Virus record (IMG/VR): IMGVR_UViG_3300045988_159115
Length of the DNA: 64,000 nucleotides
DNA from: a virus
Direction: 5' to 3' (one strand)
Shown: piece after piece, positions 9,366 to 18,513 of the stretch
How the letters are laid out: each line of letters begins with the position of its first letter
Position numbering within the stretch: position 1 is the stretch's first letter
Program-made: the position numbers and the translations under genes
Notes under the pieces: model-generated
The model's database searches: none
The model's input: only the letters and a program-made list of their open reading frames with translations
Told to the model about the DNA's origin: nothing

Positions 9366-10652
9366 TTATGACAGATGATAGATTTCCTTGATGAGATTAT
9401 TGATATAATCCACATTAATCTGGATGATGATTTTGTACGTGTAGTACGTACTTTGATGATGAAACTTCAGAGTGAGGGTATTAAAGTCGAATGAGTAATC
9501 CTTATCAGGAGTCATCAGACGGCCCTGCTTCCGAACTTTCATCTTGAAGAAGTCCGTTGTCGGAATTCCTCGTTCAAAGTGGAAGTTGAGAACTTTCTTC
9601 AGACTATCATTGAAGAGAGTGCTAAGATCAACTTCATCATCCATCTGTTCCAGCCTACAAGACGGAGATGCATACAAAGTCCATCCAAGAGGAAGATTCA
9701 CATCATCTTCTGTCAGTACATCTGTGAAAATCGGAACGATGGTATTTCCACTATCGTCACAAGTAACGATACTATTTTCTTTGATATCGTCACTAAAGAT
9801 ATAGTAGAAGCCTGTCGAATAGAATTCACAGCGCATACTGAAATTGATCTTATAGGAATCACCAACTTGGTTTACCTTATCGCCTTCGTCAACATTGAAG
9901 TTTGTGATAATCGTGTCGATATTGACTGGATAGTACCGATAAAATTCTTCATGTCCAGTTGCTCCTTCCAACTTGTAAGTGATAGGAGTAACGGATGTAG
10001 AATTCAGATGCTTCAAGAACTTTGCTGTACTTCCATCTTCATCTCGCATCGGAACTTTGATCAGTTCGGAATACTTTGCAAGAAGATCAGGCGGAATATA
10101 ACTTTCAAGACATGTCTGGAGATTGAAAGGAATCTCATATCTCACTGAGTTCTTGAAGTAGTTCGCCCAGTTGATTTGCTGAATCATCGTATTGAAGATC
10201 AAGATGACATCGAAATTCAATACGCTACGATTCATTTGATACTTAATTGCAGTACGAGAATTCCGATCCCAAATGAAATCTTGTAAATTAGTACCGCCTC
10301 GCATCATATAGAGGTCACCCTGACGCTCAATGAGAGGAGTTCCACGAAGGAATCTACTGTCATCATCCCAGTCAATACGGGGACGGATAACAAACATGGG
10401 AGGCTGCTTCTTTAAGAACTCTTTCGGAGTACTTCTCATTTGAGCATGAGCGATCTTACTATTGACATGAATTGTCTTGAAGAAATCTTTCGGAAAAAGA
10501 TTGATGAGCCAATTCTGAACGAATGCTGTCACGTTTCCATAGGTATGAGCAGCTGATGTTTGCGCTTGGATGTAATGCATCGGATGCCCATAGATAAGAT
10601 CATGACGCTCGTCTTCTGTCAGCTCATAGTCGTGAAGTCGTTTTGTATCCAT
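9366..10652 (-). CDS. hypothetical protein co-transcribed with RNAP subunits (428 aa)
   Basis: SD GAGGTG. It lies 31 nt downstream of the beta-prime fragment and is followed by a 19-bp hairpin (9312-9358). There is only a weak resemblance (RGGTNLQDFIWDRNSRTAI) to the GGLPRVxELFEAR..P.AI block of beta-prime. Confidence 0.6.
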   Translation of the reverse strand: MDTKRLHDYELTEDERHDLIYGHPMHYIQAQTSAAHTYGNVTAFVQNWLINLFPKDFFKTIHVNSKIAHAQMRSTPKEFLKKQPPMFVIRPRIDWDDDSRFLRGTPLIERQGDLYMMRGGTNLQDFIWDRNSRTAIKYQMNRSVLNFDVILIFNTMIQQINWANYFKNSVRYEIPFNLQTCLESYIPPDLLAKYSELIKVPMRDEDGSTAKFLKHLNSTSVTPITYKLEGATGHEEFYRYYPVNIDTIITNFNVDEGDKVNQVGDSYKINFSMRCEFYSTGFYYIFSDDIKENSIVTCDDSGNTIVPIFTDVLTEDDVNLPLGWTLYASPSCRLEQMDDEVDLSTLFNDSLKKVLNFHFERGIPTTDFFKMKVRKQGRLMTPDKDYSFDFNTLTLKFHHQSTYYTYKIIIQINVDYINNLIKEIYHLS

Positions 10653-10683
10653 ACATATTCACCTCGCTTTCTAATGAGAATGA

Positions 10684-11904
10684 TTACAAGAGCATAGTAT
10701 CCGGATCAATCTGATTCGATTTGATGTTAGCTGTATGGAATTTCTTCATGCCCATCTTCAGAAGCTTTGTGGAAATCTGAGGGCAACCGAGGCCAATATT
10801 CAGGTTATCCAGCTTGTAGTTCAGCTCTCCTGCACAGATATTGCAGATATGCTTTCCCTTGCAATACATGGGGCTACGCAGTTTGATAGGCTTACCGACA
10901 TACTTACCGATAATCTCAGGAGTCAAGCAGACATACTTACCATTTTCTACGATGTACCGATACTCAAAGTCACGAGTATCTTTCGGAGTCATGATGTAGG
11001 AAATGGTCTTTTTTGTCCCGCAATCACTGCCATGCTCATCAAGAACTTCGCCCTGCATTGCTGCCAGAAGCTGTTTTGTCAGGTAGCCAGACTCAGCAGT
11101 ACCGACTGCTTTCGGGTATGCACCAGAAACGACGGATGTGCCGAAAGAAGGAATGTCTTGCTTTGTGATACCATCCATGAAAGACGATCTGACGATTTCA
11201 TATTCGCCAGTAATATTATTCATGGTAGCACCCTTATACAACATCATATTCTTGTAGTTACCGAAGTTACCACGAGCACCAGAATTATAAAGGTCCATAC
11301 CGGGGTCATCTGCAAGAAGTTTCTTTGCCTCACTGGTGAGTTCTTTCTCGATTTTCTCGGAAGTAACGATGTCACCCTCATTGAGCTTGTCATCATATTT
11401 CTTGAAAAGCTCTTCTTTTCGCTTAGCAATCTCAGGAGGGCATGCAATTGTCTTCTCACTGAAAGAAGTAGTGATAACAGAGTTCAGCTGCATTCCAAGA
11501 GTATCACGGTAATCGTAATAGTCATAGAAATCATTGATGCTGATCTTATCATCAATCAGAGCTTTTGCAAGTTGACTTTCGATAGATTCATATTTACCCT
11601 GAGTAACAGGCTCATTCACATACCCGAGAACACTCTGGAATCCAAAGCGTTCGATGAGGTACTTATTGAAGATGAACCTACCGACGGTTGTCTTCGTTTT
11701 CTCTTTTACGAAATACTCAGAAGGCTCCAATGTCATTTCGTCCCAAGTACTGAACTTAGATTTCTTAACTCCACTGAAAGCGTTCTGAGCATCTGTAGTA
11801 TCTCCGAAGAGATAGACGAGCTTTGTGAAAGTAAGATCATCCGGTTTTAATTCCAGAAGTTCTTTCTTTTCTGCTTCTGTGATTTTTCGAGCAGGTCTAG
11901 GCAT
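10684..11904 (-). CDS. multisubunit RNA polymerase beta-prime-like fragment (bridge helix to start of trigger loop)
   Basis: TTVGRFIFNKYL matches TTVGRxIFN. NSGARGNFGNYKNMMLYKG matches SGARGSxxQIRQLAGMRG. GTAESGYLTKQLLAAMQ matches ADSGYLTRRLVDV. RSPMYC..ICNICAGE and GCPQISTKLLKMGMKKFHTA match AAQSIGEPGTQLTMRTFH. Confidence 0.8.
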   Translation of the reverse strand: MPRPARKITEAEKKELLELKPDDLTFTKLVYLFGDTTDAQNAFSGVKKSKFSTWDEMTLEPSEYFVKEKTKTTVGRFIFNKYLIERFGFQSVLGYVNEPVTQGKYESIESQLAKALIDDKISINDFYDYYDYRDTLGMQLNSVITTSFSEKTIACPPEIAKRKEELFKKYDDKLNEGDIVTSEKIEKELTSEAKKLLADDPGMDLYNSGARGNFGNYKNMMLYKGATMNNITGEYEIVRSSFMDGITKQDIPSFGTSVVSGAYPKAVGTAESGYLTKQLLAAMQGEVLDEHGSDCGTKKTISYIMTPKDTRDFEYRYIVENGKYVCLTPEIIGKYVGKPIKLRSPMYCKGKHICNICAGELNYKLDNLNIGLGCPQISTKLLKMGMKKFHTANIKSNQIDPDTMLL

Positions 11905-11906
11905 CC

Positions 11907-12635
11907 TTAACCCTCCTCTTTCAGAGTCTTATTAATCATCAGGCCACGAGTGACCAGATCGGATTTAAGACCCATACCAAGCAGGTATACATCAACTGTA
12001 TTCAGAGTAGTCTTATTCTCAGGAGAAGATTCCATATCTTCCAGAGAGACATAACCCTTCGTATTGATTGCAGTATACATCTGCTGCTTCATAACCATAT
12101 CATCGGCACGAGGGCCATTGAGTTCCTTCAACGTATCCTTCATATTCATGCTGATGAGCATGGAATTTTCAAGGTCAGATTCACGGCCATTCTTATCAGC
12201 GCCACTAACCTGACCAGTAAGAGAAGAACGTGCATCTGCTGTGGTAGACAGACCGTTCTTCTTTGCAACCGTTTGCTGTGTACGTTTCACATGGCAGTAT
12301 CCAACAGGCACTGCTTCTTTGGAAACGATGATATTATTCTTATCCATTGTATAGTGAGGGAATGCAATTCTCTCAAACAGAGGAACGTTAAGTACCTTTG
12401 CTGCATCTTCAATATCAGGAACTTTCAGATCAATCTGATAGTCACAGACATTCAGAATCAGATACTCGTTCGGGTTTGCAAAAAATTCTTTGAAGAATTT
12501 ATCAAACTGAGCATCCGTCATGGTATCAAAGATGGATTTGTAGTGCTTCGTATTTGCGCCGGTCTTATCAAGAGCATTGAATGTCTTATAGATAAGATCT
12601 TCCATCTTCTTTCGTTTTTGCGGAGTTAACGCCAT
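11907..12635 (-). CDS. multisubunit RNA polymerase beta-like subunit, C-terminal fragment
   Basis: ATG at 12635 with AGGAG 9 nt upstream. VPVGYCHVKRTQQTVAKKNG..ARSSLTGQVSGADKNGRESDLENSMLISMNMKDTLKELNGPRADD aligns with bacterial beta VGYMYMLKLxHLVDDKxHARSxG.[47 protein letters not shown]. Confidence 0.65.
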   Translation of the reverse strand: MALTPQKRKKMEDLIYKTFNALDKTGANTKHYKSIFDTMTDAQFDKFFKEFFANPNEYLILNVCDYQIDLKVPDIEDAAKVLNVPLFERIAFPHYTMDKNNIIVSKEAVPVGYCHVKRTQQTVAKKNGLSTTADARSSLTGQVSGADKNGRESDLENSMLISMNMKDTLKELNGPRADDMVMKQQMYTAINTKGYVSLEDMESSPENKTTLNTVDVYLLGMGLKSDLVTRGLMINKTLKEEG

Positions 12636-12677
12636 AACGATGTATCTCCTTTCGTTTAATGTGTAATAGACTAGGCT

Positions 12678-12694
12678 GCTTACCATTCTGTTTT
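12678..12694 (-). promoter_or_regulatory. ACA-N6-TA motif (GAAAACAGAATGGTAAG)
   Basis: 43 nt upstream of the RNAP beta-C / beta-prime operon. Confidence 0.5.
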
Positions 12695-12724
12695 CAGGAT
12701 GAAATTAAGCTGCCTAGTCTTATT

Positions 12725-12742
12725 TTATAATGATATATTATA
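12725..12742 (+). promoter_or_regulatory. early-type promoter motif TTATAATGATATATTATA
   Basis: Identical 18-mer at 18416 and, on the minus strand, at 52599. It is oriented toward 12842-. Confidence 0.65.
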
Positions 12743-12841
12743 TAGGTATAGAAAGTCCATAAATATAAAAAGAAAGGTTGTAAAAATACGTGGCTTATCT
12801 GAAAATACATGAAAAATAAAAGAATAGGAGTTGTAGAGACA

Positions 12842-13696
12842 ATGCTTTCAAGAAGACGTAGTTTAGGTGGCGCATATCCTTTGGCATCACAGGACCTCGT
12901 TTCGCTCAAGAGCATCATCATCAAAAATGAAATCACTATGGATTATATCAATTCGTGGTTTGATACTATGCTTGATGTGTTGAGTGATGCTGTGCACTAT
13001 CCAGCTAGACAGATACACCTCGGCAGTATGATTTATGATATCGCCGAAAAGAGCAAAATCGAGTACGGACTTTTCAGATACTCGTATAAAGAATCCATCA
13101 TAAAGTTTTCCATTAATAAAGAGGACCATGAGATTGCATTAGATTTGTATCTCTTTGATGATGTTCTTCCGGCTGCCGCTGGATGCGATAGAAGCGTTAT
13201 CCATTTCATTCTTTATAACGATACCAGTTTTCGTAATATGTGGTTTGCTGTAAAGAAAAATACATACATCTACTGGAATAGTGTCATACCCAATAAGGAT
13301 GCCGGAATACCTAAAGGTGAAGTCTTTGGTATTATCGTTCGTGAGATTGAAGACTTCTTGGCTGCGATGCTCTTTACTGTGATCCGGGGCAAGCCTATTC
13401 AGCGTGAATCCCGCACTACTTCGTTGCCTGTGAAGGAGAATACTCATAAGGAAACGAAACCACATTCTAGCCGTAACGACAATAGCCCGATTATCATTGA
13501 TGCATTGGATAAAGCCACTATCCGTAGAAATATCAACGTAAGTCGCGTTGGTGAAAAGCATCATGAAATGCGGTATCGTCATATCGTTCACGGACACTAT
13601 CGTCATTATAAAGACGGTAGAACCGTTTGGGTGTCCTCCTATGTGCGGTGCAAAAACAAGGGCTCGAAGTCGGAAGTAATTGGAGGTGACGTATAA
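12842..13696 (+). CDS. hypothetical protein with basic His/Arg-rich C-terminus
   Basis: ATG at 12842 has AGGAG 11 nt upstream; 12809 is an alternative start. It lies downstream of the early-type promoter at 12725-12742. C-terminal sequence: HHEMRYRHIVHGHYRHYKDGRTVWVSSYVR. Confidence 0.6.
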   Translation: MLSRRRSLGGAYPLASQDLVSLKSIIIKNEITMDYINSWFDTMLDVLSDAVHYPARQIHLGSMIYDIAEKSKIEYGLFRYSYKESIIKFSINKEDHEIALDLYLFDDVLPAAAGCDRSVIHFILYNDTSFRNMWFAVKKNTYIYWNSVIPNKDAGIPKGEVFGIIVREIEDFLAAMLFTVIRGKPIQRESRTTSLPVKENTHKETKPHSSRNDNSPIIIDALDKATIRRNINVSRVGEKHHEMRYRHIVHGHYRHYKDGRTVWVSSYVRCKNKGSKSEVIGGDV

Positions 13697-14040
13697 TGCA
13701 GTATTCAGGATTATGGCTGTCAAAAGAAATGGCAGAATCTTTCATCGGATATATCCATGATGGATCGGCAGTACAAACTACTCTTCCGAATGAATATATC
13801 CATATCTTTGCTCGGATCACTGAGGGAGGCAAACTTTATTTCCGCCTTGATCCGAATGATGCCAAAAGCGGCGAATTCTATTTAACGAATGCCGCTGGCA
13901 ATGTTTCATACGCTCATGCAACCATCCAAAAGATGTATGAGGTTATCAGTGACATGTTCTACCTCACCCATGATCAGAAATACACGAGTTTGAAGACTAA
14001 GGTACGGCAGGCTGCCGAAATGAACTCGTGGTATAGATGA
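13696..14040 (+). CDS. hypothetical protein (114 aa)
   Basis: SD GGAGGTG 7 nt upstream; TAATG overlap with the previous ORF. Confidence 0.65.
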   Translation: MQYSGLWLSKEMAESFIGYIHDGSAVQTTLPNEYIHIFARITEGGKLYFRLDPNDAKSGEFYLTNAAGNVSYAHATIQKMYEVISDMFYLTHDQKYTSLKTKVRQAAEMNSWYR

Positions 14041-14049
14041 TATATTATA
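14037..14049 (+). promoter_or_regulatory. early-type promoter motif ATGATATATTATA
   Basis: Overlaps the stop of the previous gene; oriented toward 14079/14201. Confidence 0.55.
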
Positions 14050-14078
14050 TATATATATGAAAGGAGTGAGAGCGAAAT

Positions 14079-14189
14079 ATGAAATTCCAAAATCGTATTG
14101 GAAAGAATATCATGAAGGCTTTTAAGAAAAAGCCGAGACGGTATCCTGTGAGCGCGAAAACGGTACTCGATATCATCAAAAAGAAATAA
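14079..14189 (+). CDS. small basic protein (36 aa)
   Basis: AGGAG at 14062-14066. It lies just downstream of the early-type promoter at 14037-14049 and was translated by hand: MKFQNRIGKNIMKAFKKKPRRYPVSAKTVLDIIKKK. Confidence 0.4.
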   Translation: MKFQNRIGKNIMKAFKKKPRRYPVSAKTVLDIIKKK

Positions 14190-14200
14190 GGAGAAAAAGT

Positions 14201-14884
14201 ATGAAAAAGAAAGCAATTAAGAAAATCTTCCATGGAGAGATGGACTCCTATAAGGAGAAACTGGTTGTGCGCTTCATGTCTGAGAAGGCGACAGCTCAGG
14301 CGTACAGTTATCTTGATGATCATATCAAAGAGCTGAAGTTGACCGGCGACGATGCCGAGAAACTTCCGTGGGTAAATCGTCAGGCAGATAACCTTTGCAG
14401 TAAGGCAATGAATGAATCCATGCGTCATTCGAATATTGCTTATGGCATTAAGATTGCTTTGGAAGGCGTTTGCGACGAATTAGCCATTGAGGTGTACGAT
14501 GATTACGCGATGCTCATCGTTGACCCTGACAGCTTTGAGGTTGACCCGTTCTCGTATGTGGCTGACTGCGGGGTTTCCATTTTGGACGACCCCCTCAACA
14601 GCTTTGCTAAGCTTCGTAAGAAGTACTTAGAGCTTGCCAATAAAATCTCTAAGGCAAAGGCTGATATGGACGATGCTAAAGATGACGGTGTGGTTGCTGA
14701 GATCACTTCTGTCGACGATGAAGACACTCCTTCCAAACAGCAAAAGGCTGAGTGGCTTGACTCGTTTGAAGAGCTTATACAGAATGCCAATGCAGGGAAC
14801 TCTTCTGACGCAGTTCCTGCTGAAGAATCTCCCAAAGAAGCTCCTTCGGAGGAATCTCCTGTGGAAGAGGAGTCTCATGAGTAA
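14201..14884 (+). CDS. hypothetical protein with acidic C-terminus (227 aa)
   Basis: SD AAGGAG; a conserved terminator hairpin follows at 14904-14941. Confidence 0.7.
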   Translation: MKKKAIKKIFHGEMDSYKEKLVVRFMSEKATAQAYSYLDDHIKELKLTGDDAEKLPWVNRQADNLCSKAMNESMRHSNIAYGIKIALEGVCDELAIEVYDDYAMLIVDPDSFEVDPFSYVADCGVSILDDPLNSFAKLRKKYLELANKISKAKADMDDAKDDGVVAEITSVDDEDTPSKQQKAEWLDSFEELIQNANAGNSSDAVPAEESPKEAPSEESPVEEESHE

Positions 14885-14903
14885 GTAACTCACATGCATT
14901 CTT

Positions 14904-14941
14904 GGAAGGACCTAACAGCCAGTTAGGCATCCCTCTTTTTT
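14904..14941 (+). terminator. conserved terminator family, copy A
   Basis: GGAAGGACCTAACAGCCAGTTAGGCATCCCTCTTTTTT, nearly identical to copy B at 56487. Confidence 0.7.
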
Positions 14942-14992
14942 CCATCCACACTAAATTAATTTACTTTATCACGAAAGGGAGTGAATTAATTT

Positions 14993-15187
14993 ATGAAAGA
15001 AGACAACGGGTGGATTACGCTTCTACAGATTACAATTGGCGCATATCTGTGCTATTTTCAATACATCATGTACATGCTGATGCTCAGTCATAATGCAAAT
15101 GAAACTAGAAAAGAACGCCAATTTGCTATTCGTCGGGTAATTAAAAAAATTTATATGTGGATGAAGAAGGAGTTCTGGGGAGAATGA
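14993..15187 (+). CDS. small membrane protein (64 aa)
   Basis: SD GGGAG; one hydrophobic helix (WITLLQITIGAYLCYFQYIMYMLML). Confidence 0.5.
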   Translation: MKEDNGWITLLQITIGAYLCYFQYIMYMLMLSHNANETRKERQFAIRRVIKKIYMWMKKEFWGE

Positions 15188-15369
15188 GTGCGCCTAACAG
15201 CTACTATTATGATGATTATTATGACGAGTTGGAATGGATGGATAATGCCAGCGCATTCGATTGGATCAGGTTTTATCTTGCAATCGGAATTATGATGGTC
15301 ATCCTGTACCCTATTTGGGCGGTCCAAAAAGTGAAAGAACTCATCACTGGCTTATTTAAGCACAATTGA
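15184..15369 (+). CDS. small membrane protein (61 aa)
   Basis: ATGA overlap with the previous ORF; one hydrophobic helix (FYLAIGIMMVILYPIWAV). Confidence 0.5.
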   Translation: MSAPNSYYYDDYYDELEWMDNASAFDWIRFYLAIGIMMVILYPIWAVQKVKELITGLFKHN

Positions 15370-15418
15370 TTAAGCAAAAGGATTTCTATGATCCTGAAAA
15401 TGAAAGGAGATAATAATT

Positions 15419-16411
15419 ATGGCTATGGCTATGAAGCTTCTGCTTCTGGATCCGGAGACCAATGACTACGGCAATGGCCTTACTGCGATTGAAAAGATGC
15501 GTGGTGAGATGGTTGATTTCCCTGATGAATGGGAGATTGGCATTTCCGATAAGACTGGCACATCTGCAATGCAGTCTTTCGTCATCTATAAGGGCGCTGT
15601 CTGGGATATCGTGAAGAACTACTACGACCTTGATAATAAGGTGCGTATCTTCATGTGTATCAAGTCTAAGGAGACTTATGACGATCCGAAGTATTATGAC
15701 GAGACTCATAAGAAGCCCGAGACACCTAAGCCCATCAACCCTCCAGTTCGTGTCGATCCTACCTCTGTTTCATACAAGGCAAAGAATCTGATTGATCGTG
15801 CCATCGCTTCTGCAATGAATGGCGCTGGTAAGAATGAGAAGGATCTTGCCGCAAAGGTATATACTGCTCTTGGTACTATTACCGAGGGCGGCCACATCGA
15901 CATGGATGCGCTCACTCCCAGTGAGGCTGATGAGCAGGCAAAGATGGAAGCGTGGTCAGCTGCTGTTAAGGCTGGTAAGCACGCTGATGCTTGCAATATC
16001 ACCGTCTACACCATTGATGCTGGCTCTGGCGTTGCATATGAGGTAACAGAGGCTACCCTCAACGACGTTGCTAAGAAGCAGACCGAAGAGTTTGTCGCAG
16101 ATGAGATGGAGACTGCCCTCAGCGTCTGCAAGACTGCAAAGTTCACAGTTGGTGGTAACGCTCGTGAGATGTTTGGTAAGACATACATGGGTTGGGTCGT
16201 GAATATTTCTCTTTCCGAAGTTGCTGCAAAGACTACTGTAGAGAAGCCGAAGCCCGACTCTACTGAGACACATCAGCCTACGGAATCCACCGGTACTACA
16301 GAATCAACTGATACTGAGAAGACTCAGGCTCCTTCCGAGGACGCAAATACTGAGGCAGAGACTCAGACAGTTCCGAATCCCTACGATGAGATTCTCACTC
16401 CTGCCACCTGA
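15419..16411 (+). CDS. hypothetical protein, T/E/P-rich C-terminus (330 aa)
   Basis: SD AAAGGAG, strong codon bias, and a 16-bp hairpin terminator at 16423-16475. Confidence 0.7.
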   Translation: MAMAMKLLLLDPETNDYGNGLTAIEKMRGEMVDFPDEWEIGISDKTGTSAMQSFVIYKGAVWDIVKNYYDLDNKVRIFMCIKSKETYDDPKYYDETHKKPETPKPINPPVRVDPTSVSYKAKNLIDRAIASAMNGAGKNEKDLAAKVYTALGTITEGGHIDMDALTPSEADEQAKMEAWSAAVKAGKHADACNITVYTIDAGSGVAYEVTEATLNDVAKKQTEEFVADEMETALSVCKTAKFTVGGNAREMFGKTYMGWVVNISLSEVAAKTTVEKPKPDSTETHQPTESTGTTESTDTEKTQAPSEDANTEAETQTVPNPYDEILTPAT

Positions 16412-16422
16412 TAAAGTTTAAA

Positions 16423-16475
16423 AATAAGATTACGCTCTACTCTATATCAAAGAGACAGAGCGTAATCTTATTTCT
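16423..16475 (+). terminator. intrinsic terminator
   Basis: 16-bp stem AATAAGATTACGCTCT / AGAGCGTAATCTTATT followed by TTCT. Confidence 0.65.
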
Positions 16476-16499
16476 ATCAAATAAAAAGGAGAATGAAAT

Positions 16500-17036
16500 A
16501 TGACTATCGAAGAAGAATTCAAACTGTATGCTGATGATTTTTACAGACAGCATGAGTTTGTTGCTATGGACGAAGACTGCTGGGAGAAAGAGCAAGCGGT
16601 TCGTGATATCATCTGGCCGGTTCGTCAAAAGTATGGCAGTGTAGATGATCCGGAATTATTACAGCCTTTTCATGATGAAGCTGAAGTCTGCCATATTCAG
16701 GGCATGTGGTTGCATGATGCGCCAATTCTGTGCGCAAAGGTTATTGACGATGATAGCTTCATTATCCGTCCTGATATGGAGATCATGGTTCAATGCTTTG
16801 GATCTGATATGGTGGATGACACAGAGATGAATGTCAAATATGCAACTTATGCGCATGGCCCGTATAAGGAGTTCAGGAAGCTCATTCTTGAAAGCGATGG
16901 CTTTGCTGATAAGTTCCAGTTACTCCTGCATTTTGACTGGGCACTTGGTTGCTCTATGTGCATTCCGTACGGAATGTATAGCCAGTATGATATCAGGACG
17001 GATGCGAGAGATTTTGATAAACTGACTTGTGAATAA
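16500..17036 (+). CDS. hypothetical protein (178 aa)
   Basis: SD AAAGGAG; bidirectional terminator at 17038-17080. Confidence 0.7.
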   Translation: MTIEEEFKLYADDFYRQHEFVAMDEDCWEKEQAVRDIIWPVRQKYGSVDDPELLQPFHDEAEVCHIQGMWLHDAPILCAKVIDDDSFIIRPDMEIMVQCFGSDMVDDTEMNVKYATYAHGPYKEFRKLILESDGFADKFQLLLHFDWALGCSMCIPYGMYSQYDIRTDARDFDKLTCE

Positions 17037-17037
17037 G

Positions 17038-17080
17038 AAAAGAAGACTACATTGGATGGATTTCCATGTAGTCTTCTTTT
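17038..17080. terminator. bidirectional terminator between convergent genes
   Basis: 15-bp stem AAAAGAAGACTACAT / ATGTAGTCTTCTTTT. Confidence 0.7.
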
Positions 17081-18319
17081 TTAGCTATACATCTGGATGG
17101 AGAGAATGAAATACATAAAGATTGCTTTTGTATAGTCAACTCTTGTAGCAGAGCGACTGAACTTCCGATAAATACCAGAAGAAGTTCCCCATTTATCCAG
17201 AGTAGTTTTTATGTTAGTGACGTTCTTATCCTTTGAGTTGGTTTTCTTAAACAGCTGAAGAGCATACCCAATGAATTCTTTAGATCTGATTTCATCAGGT
17301 TCATGAGAATCAGTGTAGAGATAAAGGAAAAGAATACTAGAAATAAATTCTTTCATAGTTTCACTTTCCTTCTCATTGATAATCAGAGAGATGTAGTTCC
17401 GAAGATCAAGCTTGGATACCTGTGCAGCGTTTGAAGCAAAATCTGCAATACGAAGGTCAACGCCATTTGTCAGCATAGACAACACGATCTTGTTGGATAG
17501 CGCCTCAACTTTATTGGTATTATTGACGTTATCCACATTGATATTATCGTCATATGCATCCACTTGCGTTGTAACGAATAGACCTTTCTTATAGTTTGTC
17601 TGATAAGCGTTTGCGATCTTCTTCAGCAAACTATTTTGGTCATTTCGAATACGCTGGATGAATCGAATTACATCCTGGTCTGCACCACGGTTAAAATCCT
17701 TCTCATGGAATTTCCAAGAAGACTGGATTGAGTATGTTAGCGTACCAAAGATGTGATTTGATTTCTTGATGATAAACCGATTGCTCAAATTATCAATGGT
17801 ATATTGCATGATATTTGGATTCGGCTCATATCGGAAATACTTTGCGAAGATAGATGGATACACAGAAAGAGCCATTGCAATCAACGCACTATTCAGAAGT
17901 TTCGCATCTTTTGCCAGAGTTGCATAACGAATACAGCAATAGAAGATGAAGAAAATGGGGTTATTCTTAAACAGCCTCCAGTTAGCCTTATCGTTTACCT
18001 GTTTTGTGATCTTATCAACCAAAGCAGCAACTTCTGTATCAGATATACTGAAAAGATCGAAATATTCTTGTTTGTCTTTCATAGTAAACGGAATCAGATA
18101 TTGCGGTCCGGATGTTGTGAGCTTGTCGTTATTCCGGCTTACATATCTGCCAATGATATTATTGAAATTCCGTTTTCCTTGATCTGTGGAAAGGACAGCT
18201 TCAATCTTTGGGTAAAGCTCATCTTTGATAATATACGTGAAAGAGTCATTCGATGCTTCCGAAAAATACATCGGCTCAATATCATAATTATCTTGAGCAT
18301 CTTCAAAGAAGATAAACAT
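17081..18319 (-). CDS. hypothetical protein (412 aa)
   Basis: SD GGAGGT; ACA-N6-TA motif at 18350-18364, 31 nt upstream. Confidence 0.7.
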   Translation of the reverse strand: MFIFFEDAQDNYDIEPMYFSEASNDSFTYIIKDELYPKIEAVLSTDQGKRNFNNIIGRYVSRNNDKLTTSGPQYLIPFTMKDKQEYFDLFSISDTEVAALVDKITKQVNDKANWRLFKNNPIFFIFYCCIRYATLAKDAKLLNSALIAMALSVYPSIFAKYFRYEPNPNIMQYTIDNLSNRFIIKKSNHIFGTLTYSIQSSWKFHEKDFNRGADQDVIRFIQRIRNDQNSLLKKIANAYQTNYKKGLFVTTQVDAYDDNINVDNVNNTNKVEALSNKIVLSMLTNGVDLRIADFASNAAQVSKLDLRNYISLIINEKESETMKEFISSILFLYLYTDSHEPDEIRSKEFIGYALQLFKKTNSKDKNVTNIKTTLDKWGTSSGIYRKFSRSATRVDYTKAIFMYFILSIQMYS

Positions 18320-18349
18320 GTGATTTTACCTCCATTCTTTAATAGTTGA

Positions 18350-18364
18350 TTTAAGCTAATGTCC
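18350..18364 (-). promoter_or_regulatory. ACA-N6-TA motif (GGACATTAGCTTAAA)
   Basis: 31 nt upstream of 18319. Confidence 0.4.
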
Positions 18365-18415
18365 TTTGGCGTAAATAAGACCAGATACTATTGATTTCTA
18401 GTATCTGGTCTTATT

Positions 18416-18433
18416 TTATAATGATATATTATA
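18416..18433 (+). promoter_or_regulatory. early-type promoter motif TTATAATGATATATTATA
   Basis: Directly follows the hairpin at 18374-18418; oriented toward 18514-. Confidence 0.65.
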
Positions 18434-18513
18434 CACATAAGAAGCCATAGAGGAATGGAAGCAATAACCCATCGCAGTTAAATTTTTCATAATTGAAAGG
18501 AATTCAAAATATT

